Shown here piece after piece: positions 62,888 to 64,000 of a stretch of DNA of 64,000 nt. This DNA is from Coriobacteriia bacterium. Its GTDB lineage: Bacteria > Actinomycetota > Coriobacteriia > Coriobacteriales > Eggerthellaceae. The stretch covers positions 403-64,402 of the forward strand of contig JAUMVJ010000008.1 in NCBI GenBank assembly GCA_030530215.1. The letters are read 5' to 3'. Both the position numbers and the translations under genes were made by a program. The notes below the pieces were generated by a model. It did not search any database and had not been told where the DNA came from. It was given only the letters and a program-made list of their open reading frames with translations. Numbering within the stretch: the stretch's first letter is position 1; each line of letters begins with the position of its first letter.

Positions 62888-64000
62888 TTAGCAGTAGAAC
62901 AACATATCGTTGTAAGTGGGAACAGGCCAGTAGTTGCGCTCGGTGTAGAGCTCAAGGTCGTCGATGATGGCACGCAGGGCGTCCATGGCAGGGATAACCT
63001 CGTTGGCGTAAGCGTAAGCCTGTTCCTGGCCGTCCTCGATTGCCTCAGCTGCGTCGTGGATCTTAACCAGCTCGGCAGTGGCCGCAGCAGCGGACTCGAT
63101 GCCGGAGGTAAGGTGACCAAGCAGCGCCTCGTGAGCAGCAAGATCGGAGTTGGGCAGTGCCGACTTGATGGTGGTGATGTTGGATGCAACGTCAGCCGCG
63201 TAATCGGCGATAGCGGGCAGGTAGGTGCGACGTGCCATGCGGATCATGACGCGAGCCTCGATGTTGAGGAGCTTGTTGTACTTCTCGAGCTTGACCTCGT
63301 AGCGAGAACGAACCTCGGGCTCGGTAAGAACGCCGAACTCAGCAAACAGATCGATGGACTTCTGCGCAACCAGGCAAGGCAGAGCTTCGGCGGTGTTGCG
63401 GTTGTTGGCGAGGCCGCGCTTCTCGGCCTCGACCTCCCAATCGCCTGCATAGCCGTTGCCGTTGAAGATGATGCGCTGATGATCGGTGAAGGTCTTCTTG
63501 ATATAGGCGATTGCCTTTGCCTCGAAGTCCTCGGCGGAGACGCCCTCCATTGCATCGGCGAAGCCCTTCAGAGACTTGGCCATTGCGGTGTTCAGGATGG
63601 TGTTGGCGTCGGAGAGGTTGACCTGGGAACCAGGCATGCGGAACTCGAACTTGTTGCCAGTGAAGGCGAAGGGGCTGGTGCGGTTACGATCGGTGTTGTC
63701 CTTCAGGAACTGAGGAAGAACATCGACGCCGAGGTCCATGGCAACTGCGGCAGCGGACTTGTAATCCTCGTTGTTGATCAAAGACTCAACAATAGCGCCC
63801 AGCTCGTCGCCCAGGAAGATGGAGATAATCGCGGGAGGAGCCTCGTTGGCGCCCAAGCGATGATCGTTACCAGCAGAAGCAACAGACATGCGCAAAAGCT
63901 CTTGGTACTCATCAACAGACTCGACAACGCAAGAGAGGAATACCAGGAAGCGCAGGTTCTCGATGGGGTTGTCGCCAGGATCAAGAAGGTTGGTAGAACC
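62888..64000 (-). CDS. glnA: Glutamine synthetase type III (5'-partial)
   Basis: NDHRLGANEAPPAI, DRNRTSPFAFTGNKFEFR, FNGNGY, WPVPTY; the frame is open to the window end. Confidence 0.94.
   Translation of the reverse strand, partial: GSTNLLDPGDNPIENLRFLVFLSCVVESVDEYQELLRMSVASAGNDHRLGANEAPPAIISIFLGDELGAIVESLINNEDYKSAAAVAMDLGVDVLPQFLKDNTDRNRTSPFAFTGNKFEFRMPGSQVNLSDANTILNTAMAKSLKGFADAMEGVSAEDFEAKAIAYIKKTFTDHQRIIFNGNGYAGDWEVEAEKRGLANNRNTAEALPCLVAQKSIDLFAEFGVLTEPEVRSRYEVKLEKYNKLLNIEARVMIRMARRTYLPAIADYAADVASNITTIKSALPNSDLAAHEALLGHLTSGIESAAAATAELVKIHDAAEAIEDGQEQAYAYANEVIPAMDALRAIIDDLELYTERNYWPVPTYNDMLFYC

Overview
GC-rich chromosomal region of an anaerobe, most likely Coriobacteriia/Eggerthellaceae (inferred from gene content and style, not proven). 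No prophage, IS transposase, CRISPR array, tRNA or rRNA was seen. In order it contains: a partial AAA_14/DUF4143 ATPase; an orphan structured-RNA candidate; a queDECF operon under a preQ1-I riboswitch; a CoA-transferase, a mini-protein that is almost only a sortase sorting signal, paaK, iorAB and purE; a complete hdrCBA-flxDCBA electron-bifurcation cluster converging on a LytS/LytTR pair and TauE; an MFS-CBS exporter with a leader-peptide attenuator; xpt-pbuX; two tandem MFS paralogs plus a TetR; two large GC-mosaic surface proteins, each followed by the same covarying hairpin; an LCP protein, a FadK-like ligase, cstA, a NUDIX-MBL fusion, a PARG-like protein with a degenerate active site, an atypical OYE reductase with a TetR and an acyl-CoA dehydrogenase, ilvE and a partial glutamine synthetase III. 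All calls come from reading motifs by eye; no database searches were run.
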